The notes: generated by a model from the sequence alone, not told the origin. Positions 45,527 through 55,954 are shown, counted from the stretch's first letter. The stretch is 61,654 nucleotides of DNA from Sporichthya sp. (GCF_013815995.1 NZ_JACDFE010000001.1:1-61654), one strand, 5' to 3'. A program made the numbers and translations.

Positions 45527-45933
45527 GCTGCCACCTTGACGAAGACGGGGATCGCGGAGTTCTCGTCGACCCGCTCGAAGCGGACCCGGACCCGGTCGCC
45601 GATCTGCACCGCCTCGGGATCGTCGGCCTCGACGTTGCTCAGCATCCTGGGGCCTTCGTCGAGGTCGATCAGGGCGACCACGTAGGGCACCGCGTCGGCG
45701 AAATTCGCCGACGGCGCGCGGTGCACGACCGAGTAGGAGTAGACGGTCCCGTCGCCGCTGGCGGTGAACCAGCCCACCGAGTCCGACCAGCACTCGGGAC
45801 AGAGCAGCCGCGGGTAAAACCGCGCGACGCCGCAAGCGGCGCACCGTTGGAGCCGCAGCTCGCCGCGCGCAGCGCCGTCCCAATACGGGGTGTTGTCGGC
45901 GTCCCGCTTGGGGGCTGACCTGGTGATGGGCAT
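45523..45933 (-). CDS. DUF35 Zn-ribbon/OB-fold protein
   Basis: QRCAACG...PRLLCPEC and PYVVALIDLDEGPRM motifs. Confidence 0.92.
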   Translation of the reverse strand: MPITRSAPKRDADNTPYWDGAARGELRLQRCAACGVARFYPRLLCPECWSDSVGWFTASGDGTVYSYSVVHRAPSANFADAVPYVVALIDLDEGPRMLSNVEADDPEAVQIGDRVRVRFERVDENSAIPVFVKVAA

Positions 45934-45948
45934 TCCGCGGTCCTCCGT

Positions 45949-47169
45949 CTAACCGGCGTTCGCCGGGTGCAGTTCTCGATGGGGGGCGGCTGCGGCCTGG
46001 GCGGCGCCAGCCGCGATCAGGTCCTCGATCTGCGCGGCCTCGTAGCCGAGTCGGGCGAGCACGGCCTCGGTGTCCGCGCCCCGGAGTGCGGGCACGGACC
46101 GCACCCGCCCCGGGGTGCGCGTCAACGCGATGGGGATGCCGATGCCGCGGTAGTCGTCGAGCTCGACGACCATGTTGCGGTGCCGGACCTGGGGCAGGTC
46201 GAGCACCTCCGGCACCTCGTTGACCATCGCCGCCGGCACCCCGGCCGCGAGCAACTCGTCCCCCAGGCCCGCGCCCGCGCGGTCGGCCACGGCCGCGCCC
46301 AGGAATTCGGCCAACGCGGCCTTGTTCGCCACCCGGCTGTTGTTGTCCACGAAGCGCGGGTCCTCGGCGAGGTGACCGAGCCCGAGGATCGCGCAGAGGC
46401 GCGCGAACTGCCGGTTGTTGTTCGCCGCGATCATCAGGCGGCCGTCGCGGCAGGCGAATGTCTGGTAGGGCGCAACCCCGCCGTGGGAGTCGCCCACCCG
46501 CACCGGACGGCCCCCGTACATCGCCGCGCTCGAGCCGTGCGGATGCAGCAGTCCGAGTGCCGAGTCGAGCAGGGTGCAGTCGACAAGCTGACCGAGTCCG
46601 GAACCCTGGCGCTCGTGGAGCGCGAGCAGGATGCCCGAGAAGGCCATCATCGCGGCGGCCAGGTCGACCATCGGAAGGCCGACGCGGGTCGGGGGCCCGT
46701 CGGTCTCGCCGGTCACACTCATCAGCCCGGCATACGCCTGCAGTAGAGCGTCGTAGCCCGGGGCACCACCCAACGGACCGTCCACCCCGAACCCGGTGAT
46801 CCGGCAGTAGACGAGCTCCGGGTGCTCGGCCGCGAGGGTCTCGTATCCCAGGCCCCAGCGGTCCATCGTCCCCGACTTGAAGTTCTCGATGACGACGTCG
46901 GCACCGTCGAGGAGCCGGAGCAGCACCTCGCGGGCCGCGGGGTGACCGAGATCCAGGCAGATGTTCTGCTTGTTGCGATTCGCACCGTCGAAGTAGGCGC
47001 TCGTCCCCGGCCCGAAGGGAGGACCGTAGGTCCTCAGCTCGTCGCCGGCAGGGGCCTCTACCTTCACCACGTCGGCGCCGTGGTCACCGAGCATCTGCGC
47101 GCACAGCGGACCGGCCACGACGCGGGAGAGGTCCACGACGCGGACGCCGGTGAGAGCCGACTCGGCCAT
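45949..47169 (-). CDS. CaiB/BaiF family III CoA-transferase
   Basis: VVDLSRVVAGP, GADVVKVE, NRNK and ADVVIENF motifs. Confidence 0.93.
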   Translation of the reverse strand: MAESALTGVRVVDLSRVVAGPLCAQMLGDHGADVVKVEAPAGDELRTYGPPFGPGTSAYFDGANRNKQNICLDLGHPAAREVLLRLLDGADVVIENFKSGTMDRWGLGYETLAAEHPELVYCRITGFGVDGPLGGAPGYDALLQAYAGLMSVTGETDGPPTRVGLPMVDLAAAMMAFSGILLALHERQGSGLGQLVDCTLLDSALGLLHPHGSSAAMYGGRPVRVGDSHGGVAPYQTFACRDGRLMIAANNNRQFARLCAILGLGHLAEDPRFVDNNSRVANKAALAEFLGAAVADRAGAGLGDELLAAGVPAAMVNEVPEVLDLPQVRHRNMVVELDDYRGIGIPIALTRTPGRVRSVPALRGADTEAVLARLGYEAAQIEDLIAAGAAQAAAAPHRELHPANAG

Positions 47170-48281
47170 CACACGCCCTCGGAAACGGCGAGGAACTCGG
47201 CGGCGAGGGAATCGAGCTGGCTTGTGACCGAGCCGAGCCGCAGCTGCTGGGCCTTGACCCGCCGGAAGAAGACGTTGAGGGGGTACTCGCGCGTGAACCC
47301 CATGGCGCCGGTGAGCTGGGCTGCACCGAGAACCGCCTGCTCACACGCTCGGGCCGCCTGGAAGCGAGCCACGGCGATCGACCGGGTCGAGGCTGGCCCG
47401 GTACTCGCGGTCCACAACGCCTCGAAGGTGGCGAGCCACGCCCCATCCAGGGCGATCAGCATGTCGGCGCACCGGTGCTGCACCGCCTGTTTGGTGCCGA
47501 GCGGTTGACCGAACTGCACGCGGTCGGTCGCGTACTGGACGCTGAGCTCCAACGCCCGCCGCGCCCCGCCGAGCATCTCGCTGCAGCGCAGCAGGTCCCG
47601 CAAGGCGAGCATCGTTTCGAGGTCGTCGGCACGGACGTCGGCGGACAGAACGCCCGAGGCCGGGACCACGACGCGGTCGAAGGTGACGACGCCGATCCGC
47701 TCGTTGTCGAAGCTGGTCGCTTCCTCGACGCCGACGCCGCCAGCCTGCGCGTCCACCACGACAAGTGCGCAGCGTTCGGGCGCCCCCTCGACTCTGGCGG
47801 GAACGATGAAGGTCTGCGCCCACAGTGCCCACTCGGTGAGCACCGGCGATCCGCACAGGACGGCCGTACCGTCCGGATTCTCGGTCAACGTCACGAGGCG
47901 ACCCGGATCGGCCGGTGCCACGGTCACCGCGCGGGCCTCGCCCTGGGCCAGGCGCTCGGCGAGGAGCGCCGCGGGATCACCGCCCAGGCGGGTCAGTCCC
48001 AGGACGGTGACGAGGGTCTGGAACAACGGTGACGGCAGCCCAGCCCGGCCGGTCTCCCCCAGAACTATTCCGGTGTGGATCAGGTTGGCACCGCCGCCCC
48101 CCTCGGCGGCCTGGGTCAGGGACGCCCACCCGAGCCCCACCATGGACGACCACACGTCGGAGTCGTAGCCGTCCTCGCTCGTTTCCCATGACAGCAGGCG
48201 TTCGACGCTGACCTGACGGAGGAAGCGGCGGGCGGTGTCCCGCAACATCTGCTCGATGTCGTCAAGCCGCAAGTCAGCCAT
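47169..48281 (-). CDS. Acyl-CoA dehydrogenase (degenerate partner subunit)
   Basis: RVQFGQPLGTKQAVQHRCADM and GAMGFTRE motifs; adjacent to a second ACAD. Confidence 0.88.
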   Translation of the reverse strand: MADLRLDDIEQMLRDTARRFLRQVSVERLLSWETSEDGYDSDVWSSMVGLGWASLTQAAEGGGGANLIHTGIVLGETGRAGLPSPLFQTLVTVLGLTRLGGDPAALLAERLAQGEARAVTVAPADPGRLVTLTENPDGTAVLCGSPVLTEWALWAQTFIVPARVEGAPERCALVVVDAQAGGVGVEEATSFDNERIGVVTFDRVVVPASGVLSADVRADDLETMLALRDLLRCSEMLGGARRALELSVQYATDRVQFGQPLGTKQAVQHRCADMLIALDGAWLATFEALWTASTGPASTRSIAVARFQAARACEQAVLGAAQLTGAMGFTREYPLNVFFRRVKAQQLRLGSVTSQLDSLAAEFLAVSEGV

Positions 48282-49461
48282 AGACCTTGCCCAGAGCGCG
48301 CGCTCTGGGGAGGTGGAGGGCCCGCTGCGCGATGATGTCCCGCATCACTTCGTTGGTGCCGGACGCGAACTTCAGCACCGTCCCGGCGCGGTACTGGTGT
48401 TCCAGTTGACCGGCGGCCGGAGCCGCGTCCTCGCCGGCCTTGAGCTGGCCATGCTCACCGACGATCGCCAGGCCCTCGGTGGCGATCCGGTGGCGCAACT
48501 CCGAGATCCAGACCTTCAGGGCAGCCGCTTCGGCCGTCGGGACCACGCCGGTGTCGATGATGCACGCCGTGCGCAGCGCCAGCAGACGGGCGACCTCAAG
48601 ATCTGCCGCCATCTCCGCCAGCCGGTGGGCCACCGTCCGGTCCGCGATGAGTGGGGACTTCTCCGAGGGGAAGACCCGCGTCCACGCGACGAGTTCCTCG
48701 AAGTCCTTCAGCGCCGCGGCGTAGACGAAGATCCGCTCGAAGTCGAGCGCGACCATCATCGCCGCCCAGCCCTCGTTCTCCTCACCCACGAGGTTGGCTA
48801 CCGGGACGCGCACATCGTCGAAGTACACCTCGTTCGTCCGAGTGTCGGCCTGCGTGTAGATCGGCTGGACCGTCACGCCGAGTGAGTCGAGCGCTACGAG
48901 GAGGACCGAGAGGCCCCGGTGTCGGGTCTCCGTCGGGTGCGTCCGGACGGCCAACCAGATGTGGCTGCAGTCATGGGCGCCGGTGGTGTAGATCTTCTGA
49001 CCTTTGACGACGTACTCGTCGCCGACCCTAACGGCTCGCGTGCGCAGGGACGCCACGTCGCTGCCCGCGTCCGGCTCGCTATAGCCCACCGCGAAGCGCA
49101 CCTCGGCCCGCAGGATCGCCGGCAGGAACTCTGCCTTCTGTTCTGCGGTGCCGAGTTTCATGAGGGTCGGACCGACGGAGGTGATGCTCAGGCCGCCGGC
49201 GGGCAGGCGGCGGTAGGCCATCTCCTCGAGGTAAAGCCACTGGTCGACGGCCGAGCGCCCGCGACCGCCGTGCTCAGCCGGCCATCCGATACCGAGCCAC
49301 CCGTCGCGGCCCATCTGAGCCAGCATCTCCTGGCCGGCGGGGCCGGCCTCGTGGTCGTCCTCCAGGGTTTCGGCAACCACCTTGTCCAGGTTCAGGCCAT
49401 CGAGGTAGGAGCGCAGCTCACTCAGGAACCGGCGACTGTCGTCCGGCAATCCGAAATCCAT
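48274..49461 (-). CDS. Acyl-CoA dehydrogenase
   Basis: GWLGIGWP, GYSEPDAGSD, GQKIYTT and GTNEVMR motifs. Confidence 0.92.
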   Translation of the reverse strand: MDFGLPDDSRRFLSELRSYLDGLNLDKVVAETLEDDHEAGPAGQEMLAQMGRDGWLGIGWPAEHGGRGRSAVDQWLYLEEMAYRRLPAGGLSITSVGPTLMKLGTAEQKAEFLPAILRAEVRFAVGYSEPDAGSDVASLRTRAVRVGDEYVVKGQKIYTTGAHDCSHIWLAVRTHPTETRHRGLSVLLVALDSLGVTVQPIYTQADTRTNEVYFDDVRVPVANLVGEENEGWAAMMVALDFERIFVYAAALKDFEELVAWTRVFPSEKSPLIADRTVAHRLAEMAADLEVARLLALRTACIIDTGVVPTAEAAALKVWISELRHRIATEGLAIVGEHGQLKAGEDAAPAAGQLEHQYRAGTVLKFASGTNEVMRDIIAQRALHLPRARALGKVYG

Positions 49462-49497
49462 GGGCTGAGCCTTCCTCTGCAGTGGTCTGACGGTGCC

Positions 49498-50595
49498 TCA
49501 GGCAGAAATGTGCGGGATGACCTTGTCCATCGTCAGTCTCATGGACTCCCGAGCCAGCTCAGTGTCGATGCCGCCGATGTTGAACCAGAGGATGAACTCG
49601 GTGATCCCGAACTTCTCCCGCATGAACTGCAGCTTGGAGATGCAGCCGGCCGGATCGGAGGCGATCGCGGCGCTGTGCCGGTGCAGGTGCTCGAACGCCA
49701 GCAGGCCCGCCTCCTTGGTCTTTTTGCCCTCAGTGAATTGCAGCTCGTAGCCGGGGACGAGCTTGTCCGCGGCCGCGCCTACGGGACGTTCGTGGCCGCT
49801 GACCTTGCTGTAGAACCACTCCACGTGCCTGGCGTACCGCTCGACCGCGAGATCCTCGGTCTCCGCGCAAAAGAACGGGACGAGGATCGCCCGCTCCGCG
49901 GCCTTGGGATCGCGGCCCTTTGCGACGCAGGCCGCCTCGTAGTCCGCGAGATGCTCGGCGAGCTTGTCCATCCACTCTTCGCGGTATGTGCGGTACGTGA
50001 AGGGAGCGGCCAGCTGTAAGCCCCACCCCTTGTCGGCCGCCGTCTGAAAGCTCGCCGGAGAGATGGTCGCCATGTACACGGGGGGATGCGGCTTCTGCGC
50101 GGGCTTGGGCAGGACCTCTACCGGGCCTGAGGTGGACCAGTACTTCCCGTGGTGGTCGACCTTCTCCTGGGTCCACGCGGCCAGGATCATCTCCATGCCC
50201 TCGTCGAACATCTGCCGGCTCTCGGCCATCTCCAGGCCCAGCCCGGTGAACTCGTGCGGCTGGTAGGCCCGGCCTACGCCGAAGTTCAGCCTCCCGTTGG
50301 ACTGGATGTCGATCAGCCCGAAGTCCGAGGCCGTCCGCAAGGGGTGGTTGAACGGGATGATGCTGACGGCAGTGCCGATCCGGATGCGACTGGTGAGTGC
50401 CGCGATCGCCGCCGCGATGACCTGGGTCGACGCCACGACGCCGTAGGTGGAGAAGAGGTGCTCGGCGACCCAGGCGGTGTCGTATCCGAGCTGCTCGGCG
50501 AGCACGAACTCCTCGAGTTCCTCCTGGATCGCTTCGGCGCGGCGGGACTGGTCCGGGATCTGGCTCAGACTGAAGATGCCGAACTTCACGCTCAC
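49498..50595 (-). CDS. LLM-class (luciferase-like) flavin/F420-dependent oxidoreductase
   Basis: WVAEH, SRIRIGTAV, SNGRLNFGVGR and PKPAQKPHPP motifs. Confidence 0.92.
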   Translation of the reverse strand: MSVKFGIFSLSQIPDQSRRAEAIQEELEEFVLAEQLGYDTAWVAEHLFSTYGVVASTQVIAAAIAALTSRIRIGTAVSIIPFNHPLRTASDFGLIDIQSNGRLNFGVGRAYQPHEFTGLGLEMAESRQMFDEGMEMILAAWTQEKVDHHGKYWSTSGPVEVLPKPAQKPHPPVYMATISPASFQTAADKGWGLQLAAPFTYRTYREEWMDKLAEHLADYEAACVAKGRDPKAAERAILVPFFCAETEDLAVERYARHVEWFYSKVSGHERPVGAAADKLVPGYELQFTEGKKTKEAGLLAFEHLHRHSAAIASDPAGCISKLQFMREKFGITEFILWFNIGGIDTELARESMRLTMDKVIPHISA

Positions 50596-50686
50596 TAGAT
50601 GTTCCTCTCGTCTGGTCCGGCGAAGCGAGGGCGCTGCCGGTCCCTGTGCGGCCGGACCGGCACTTCCGCGTGCGCCGTGGGGTTGC

Positions 50687-51808
50687 CTACCGGAACGCGG
50701 GGATGACGTGCTTTCCGAACAGCTCTACCGACTTCATGACCTTGTCGTGTGGCATGTTCGTCTGCGAGAGCATGGGCAGGAACACATCGACCCCCATCGC
50801 CTCGTACTCCTTGATACGCGTGATGATCTTTTCCGGGCTGCCGGCCATGACCATGTTGCTGGCCTCGATGTCCTCGTAGTTGAGTGAGTCGAGGTCGACG
50901 TCGATGAACGGCTTGAGGTAGTCGTAGCTGGGGATGTCCATCTTCGCGGCGTCCTGATTGGGGTTCAGATACGGAACCTGTCGCGACACCGAGTTGATGA
51001 TGCCGATCGACTCCTTGATGTACTTCATCGCCGGCCCGCGCATGTTCTCCATCGCCTCTTCGTCCGTTTCGGCGACGTGCACCAGGGTGAAGGTGGCCAC
51101 CCGCTCGTTGATGAACGCACCCTTGGGGTTGCCCTGTCCCGCGCGTGCCGAGGCGATGCCGGAGCGGTACAGGTCGATGCTCACCTTCAGCACGTCCAGC
51201 GGCGTGAGCAACGTGAACGAGAGCAGCCCGAGTCCGTTCTCGCCCGCGATGCGGTGCGAGTCCGGGCTGGTCGCCGCGCCCCACAGCGGCGGGTGCGGCT
51301 TCTGCAGCGGCTTGGGAATCACGTGGCGCGGCGGCAGCTTGTAGAACTGGCCGTCGTAGGAGGCAACGTCCTGGGTCCACGCGGTGGTGATGATGTCCAA
51401 CGCCTCTTGCTGCTGCGCGCGCGTCTCCTCTGGATTGACCCCGAATCCCGCCATCTCGTCCCACGAGATCGACCGGCCGGTGCCGAACTCCAAGCGCCCG
51501 TCGCACAGCAGGTCGAGCGTCGCCGCGGACTCCGCGAGGCGCACCGGGTTGTTGTAGGCGAACGGCAGCAGGCGCACACCATGTCCGATCCGCATCCGCG
51601 ACGTCTTGGCCGCGATGTACGGCAACAGCGACTCCGGGGCCGTGCTGACCGAGAACTCGTTGAGGAAGTGGTGCTCGACCGTCCAGAAGTAGTCGAAGCC
51701 CAGCTCCTCGCCCAGCACGGCGGTATCCACGATGTGCTTGAGGCTCTCGTGCTCGGTGTACGGGGGGTAGGACGGGATCTCGTTCATCAGACCGAACTGG
51801 AGTGCCAT
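50687..51808 (-). CDS. LLM-class oxidoreductase
   Basis: WTVEHHFL, RIGHGV, GRLEFGTGRS and PKPLQKPHPPLW motifs. Confidence 0.92.
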   Translation of the reverse strand: MALQFGLMNEIPSYPPYTEHESLKHIVDTAVLGEELGFDYFWTVEHHFLNEFSVSTAPESLLPYIAAKTSRMRIGHGVRLLPFAYNNPVRLAESAATLDLLCDGRLEFGTGRSISWDEMAGFGVNPEETRAQQQEALDIITTAWTQDVASYDGQFYKLPPRHVIPKPLQKPHPPLWGAATSPDSHRIAGENGLGLLSFTLLTPLDVLKVSIDLYRSGIASARAGQGNPKGAFINERVATFTLVHVAETDEEAMENMRGPAMKYIKESIGIINSVSRQVPYLNPNQDAAKMDIPSYDYLKPFIDVDLDSLNYEDIEASNMVMAGSPEKIITRIKEYEAMGVDVFLPMLSQTNMPHDKVMKSVELFGKHVIPAFR

Positions 51809-51885
51809 CGCGCCTGGGTCCTCTCAGGTAGGAGTGCGGGTCAGCACGGGTGGTGGCAGCTGAATGACCTGCAGCTACCAGCTAC

Positions 51886-51909
51886 GATAACTTTATACAC
51901 TTCTGGATG
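51886..51909 (-). promoter_or_regulatory. Putative GntR-type operator upstream of the LLM operon
   Basis: Minus strand CATCCAGAAGTGTATAAAGTTATC. Confidence 0.55.
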
Positions 51910-51978
51910 CGTCTGACAAGCGCATGGGTAGCCTGTCCGACAGAACTCGCCCGGACCGCAGCGACGGAGGAAGACCAC

Positions 51979-52768
51979 ATGGCCGATCTCGAATACTCGG
52001 TGACCGACCTCGTGGCGAGCTTCCGCCTGGACCGGCGTATCGGAAAAACGCGTCTACTTTGGCCATGGTTGACGCGTGGGCGGACGCGTTGGTCAGCGTC
52101 GGCGGCGACGACTACGTGCGGGTCGTCGTGGTGACGGGCTCCGCGGACTCGTTCTGCGCGGGAGTCGACCTGGACGATTTCAATGGCGAGACGCGCGATC
52201 CCCTTGGCGAGAAAGCCCTGCTGACGGGGGCGGGTGCACCGGAGTGGCACACGCGCTCGAGGATCTCGACAAGCCGGTCCTGGCCGCCATCCATGGACCG
52301 GCGATCGGAGCCGGCCTCGACATGGCCTTGCTCTGCGACCTGCGCTTCACTGCGCGCTCCGCCCGATTTCCGAGGCCTACATCAAGGTTGGACTCGTGCC
52401 GGGCGACGGCGGATGTTGGCTGCTGCCACGAGTCGTGGGGACCTCCCGGGCGCTGCACATGCTCTGGACTGGCGAGGTGATCGACGCGACGGACGCGTTG
52501 GCCATCGGCCTCATCGACCAGGTGCACGACGATGTAGACCTTCCTGACGCAGTGACCGCCTACGCCCGGGACCTGGCAGCGCGTCCGCCGGTCGCCGGTC
52601 GCCATCCAGATGATCAAGCGTGCCGTGCGCCAGGGCGCACGCCATGACCTGCGCACCGCCTTGGACCTCAGTTCCTCCCACCAAGCCGTCGTCACCTCAA
52701 CCCGCGACTCCGCGGAGGCCTTCGCCGCCTTCTCGGAAAAGCGAGCAGGGACGTACGTCGGCCGGTAG
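51979..52768 (+). pseudogene. Enoyl-CoA hydratase with multiple frameshifts
   Basis: MADLEYSV / VVTGSADSFCAGVDL / KPVLAAIHGPAIGAGLDMALLCDLR / EAYIKVGLVPGDGG lie in different frames. Confidence 0.82.
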
Positions 52769-52780
52769 CCCCGGGGTCGC

Positions 52781-53521
52781 CTACAACGCGGTGTAGCCCC
52801 CGTCGATGGTGATCTCGGTGCCCGCAATGAACGCCGACTCGTCGCTGGCCAGGAATACCGCCGGGTTGGCACCTCGCGTGGTTGGCCGATCCGCTTCACC
52901 GGGTTGGCGTCGACGATCGCCTTCATGAACTCCTCCGGCAGGGCGTCTACCATCGAGGTGTGAATGGTGCCTGGGCTGATGCAATTCGCCCGGATGCCCT
53001 TGTCCGCGTACTCCATCGCAGCGGTATTCGTGAGCATTTTCACTGCGCCTTTTGAGGCGCAGTAGACGGACATACCCGGGAAGGCGACCTCGGCCGACAT
53101 AGATGCCGTGTTGACGATGACGCCACCGCCGTTACCCAGCAACACCGGAATCCCATAATGCATGCCGAGATAGACGCCGCGAAAGTTGACCGCCATGACC
53201 CGCTCGAAGTCTTCCTCGGGGTAATCGCACAGCGGCGCCACCGGCGCCTTCGATGCCCGCGTTGTTGACGAGCACGTCGACCCGACCGAATGTGTCGACC
53301 GCGGCCTGCAGCATCGCCTGCACCTCGGGCGAGAGTGAGACGTCCGCCTGGACGGGGTGACACTGCCGGCCCAGGCGATCGGCTACTGCCTTCTGTCGGC
53401 CGGAGATGTCGACCGCGACCACACCGGCGCCCTCACCGACGAAACGTTCCGCGATGGCGGCGCCGATACCGGAGCCCGCCCCCGTCACGACCGCGACCTT
53501 GCCCTCCAGTCGGCCTCCCAT
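52781..53521 (-). pseudogene. SDR oxidoreductase with two frameshifts
   Basis: TGAGSGIG...NNAGIE / YCASKGAV / AVFLASDESAFIAG...IDGG are split across frames near 53240 and 52870. Confidence 0.82.
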
Positions 53522-53567
53522 GGAATTCACCTCTCGCTTGGGGAATGGTGGGGACGCGCCCGCACGC

Positions 53568-54491
53568 TCACGGTCGGGTGCCCGCCATGGTTGCGTTGGA
53601 GGCGGCGGCCTTCACGAGCTGGGGAAGGAATTCGCCGATCTCTTCGGGCGTCCATGGGCGCCCGATCGTCTCGAGCGTAGGGCCTTGGACCCAACCCTCG
53701 TTGACCGCCAACTTGGTGCCGGAGACCGAGAACACCCGACCAGTGATCCCCCGGCTCTCGCCGCTGCCCAGCCAGACCACAGGCGAGGCAGCGTAGACCG
53801 GATCCAGCGAATGTCCAGCCCGGCCACCCTCCGCCTCAACGCGTGCCTTGACCTGCGGCAGGTCCTCGGTCATTCGGGTCAGTGCGCTCGGTGCGACAGC
53901 GTTGACGGTGATCCCGTAGCCTTCCAGTTCCTGCGCCAGGATCACGGTCATCGCAGCGATCCCCGCCTTTGCCGCGCCGTAGTTGCTCTGCCCGACGTTG
54001 CCGTAGATGCCCGAGGCGGACGTCGTATTAATAATCCGCGCGTCCACTTCGCGGCCGGCCTTGCTCTCGCTGCGCCAGTACTCGACGGCGTGCCGGGATG
54101 GTGCGAAGGTGCCCTTGAGATGCACCTTCACGACCGCATCCCAGGACGCTTCGTCCATGTTCGCGAACATCTTGTCGCGCAGGATTCCTGCGTTGTTGAC
54201 GAGCACGTCGAGGCCACCGAAGGTGTCGATCGCCTGCCGCACGAGACGTTCGGCTCCATCCCAGGCCGAGACGTCGTCGGCGTTGGCTACGGCCAGGCCG
54301 CCCCTCGCCGCGATCTCGTCGGCGACCACCTGAGCGGCGCTGCGCTCCGACCCTTCACCCGCTGCGCTCGTGCCGAGGTCGTTGACGACCACCTTGGCTC
54401 CCTCGGCGGCGAACAGCCGCGCGTGTTCCCGGCCGATCCCGCCGCCGGCCCCGGTGACGATGACGATCCGACCCTGACAGATGCCCGCCAT
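53568..54491 (-). CDS. SDR (hydroxyacyl-CoA dehydrogenase/MFE-2-like)
   Basis: TGAGGGIGR, VVVNDLG, NNAGILRD and NYGAAKAG motifs. Confidence 0.92.
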   Translation of the reverse strand: MAGICQGRIVIVTGAGGGIGREHARLFAAEGAKVVVNDLGTSAAGEGSERSAAQVVADEIAARGGLAVANADDVSAWDGAERLVRQAIDTFGGLDVLVNNAGILRDKMFANMDEASWDAVVKVHLKGTFAPSRHAVEYWRSESKAGREVDARIINTTSASGIYGNVGQSNYGAAKAGIAAMTVILAQELEGYGITVNAVAPSALTRMTEDLPQVKARVEAEGGRAGHSLDPVYAASPVVWLGSGESRGITGRVFSVSGTKLAVNEGWVQGPTLETIGRPWTPEEIGEFLPQLVKAAASNATMAGTRP

Positions 54492-54580
54492 GCGCACTCC
54501 GGTTCAGAGAAGCCGCTTACATACCTGTATGCATAATAGTATCCTCTACACTTCGACGGCTCCGGACCAGAGGTCCGGCC

Positions 54581-55954
54581 TCAGATAGCCGGGCAGATGG
54601 TCACGGTCCGACCGACGGTGTAGAACTCGGCTGCCACCGACCCTTGCTCCTTGGGGCCGCTGCCGGAATTCCGTTCCCCGCCGAACGGGACATGCGGATC
54701 GGCCCCCGAGGTCTTCGCGTTCACCTTCACCTGGCCGGCTAGGACCCGGTCGGCGAAGGCAAGGGCGGCGTCCAGATCCCCGGTGAAGATGGCCGCCGCT
54801 AGACCGAACGGCGTGCCATTGACGATCTCGAGCGCGTCCGCGACGTCGCGTGCCGGCAACACCATGGCGAACGGACCGAAGACCTCCTCCTGGGCTAATA
54901 CGCAGTCCGGCGTAAGGCCGTCCACGAGAGTCGGGGCCAATGCCCAGCCGGGTCCGTCCCCCGTGCGGCCTCCGGCGATGACCCGACCGCCGAGTGTGCG
55001 CGCGAGCGCGGCGGCTTCGAGGACGCGGGAGCGCGCGCGCTCCGAGATCACCGGACCCACGACGGTGCCAGGCTCGTCCGGATCCCCCTGTCGCAAGCCG
55101 TCCACGGCCGCTACCAGCGCCTCGGTGAAGGCGTGCGGGTCCCCGACCACCACCACCCGTCGAGTCGCGGTGCACTTCTGGCCGGCGAACTCCATCGCCG
55201 CCTCGGCGATGACCTGAGCCGCCCTGGCTGGATCGGCGTCAGGGAGAACAACGGAGGCGTTGTGCCCGCCCATTTCTGACTGCACCGGAATGTTCCGGGC
55301 CGTCGCCGCGGCGACGACCGCCCGGCCTCCGGAGACCGAGCCCGTGAAGGACACGCAGTCCGCGTGCACCAGAACCGCCTCCGCGGTCGGGACGCCGCCG
55401 GGCAGCACCTGCAGCAGTCCGTCCGGCAGACGAACCGCAAGCAGTTCGCCGAGCCGTAACGCGATGGCGGTGGCCTCGGGAGCCGGTTTGAGAAGCACGG
55501 CATTGCCCGCCGCCAGGGCGGGCGCGAGCTTCCACGCCGGGATGGCCAGCGGGAAGTTCCAGGTCGTGATCAGCCCGGCCAGGCCGAGCGGGCGGCGCTG
55601 GGTAAACAGGATGGTGCCGGGTGGACCCACCGCGGGGTAGGTCTCCCCGCCGGCGGCGAGCGCCTGCTGGGCATGGAACTGCAGCACCTGCACGGTCCGG
55701 CCCACTTCGCCACGCGCCTCGAGTGCGGTCTTGCCGATCTCCCGGGTGACCAGGGCGGCGAGCTCGTCTGTGCACAAGCGAACATCCTCCGCCAGCTCGC
55801 AAAGGATTCCGGCGCGCGCAAGCGGAGAGAGCGCCGCCCACTCGCGCTGCGCGGCCCGGGCGGCCCGGGCTCGTTCACCCACGGCCGCGGCCGTCGTCTC
55901 GGCGATCTCGACGACCACGTCGTCGGGTCGCTGCGGGGAGGTGCTGACGATCAT
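54581..55954 (-). CDS. Aldehyde dehydrogenase (KGSADH-like)
   Basis: TWNFPLAIPAWK, EMGGHN, AGQKCTA and EEVFGP motifs. Confidence 0.92.
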   Translation of the reverse strand: MIVSTSPQRPDDVVVEIAETTAAAVGERARAARAAQREWAALSPLARAGILCELAEDVRLCTDELAALVTREIGKTALEARGEVGRTVQVLQFHAQQALAAGGETYPAVGPPGTILFTQRRPLGLAGLITTWNFPLAIPAWKLAPALAAGNAVLLKPAPEATAIALRLGELLAVRLPDGLLQVLPGGVPTAEAVLVHADCVSFTGSVSGGRAVVAAATARNIPVQSEMGGHNASVVLPDADPARAAQVIAEAAMEFAGQKCTATRRVVVVGDPHAFTEALVAAVDGLRQGDPDEPGTVVGPVISERARSRVLEAAALARTLGGRVIAGGRTGDGPGWALAPTLVDGLTPDCVLAQEEVFGPFAMVLPARDVADALEIVNGTPFGLAAAIFTGDLDAALAFADRVLAGQVKVNAKTSGADPHVPFGGERNSGSGPKEQGSVAAEFYTVGRTVTICPAI

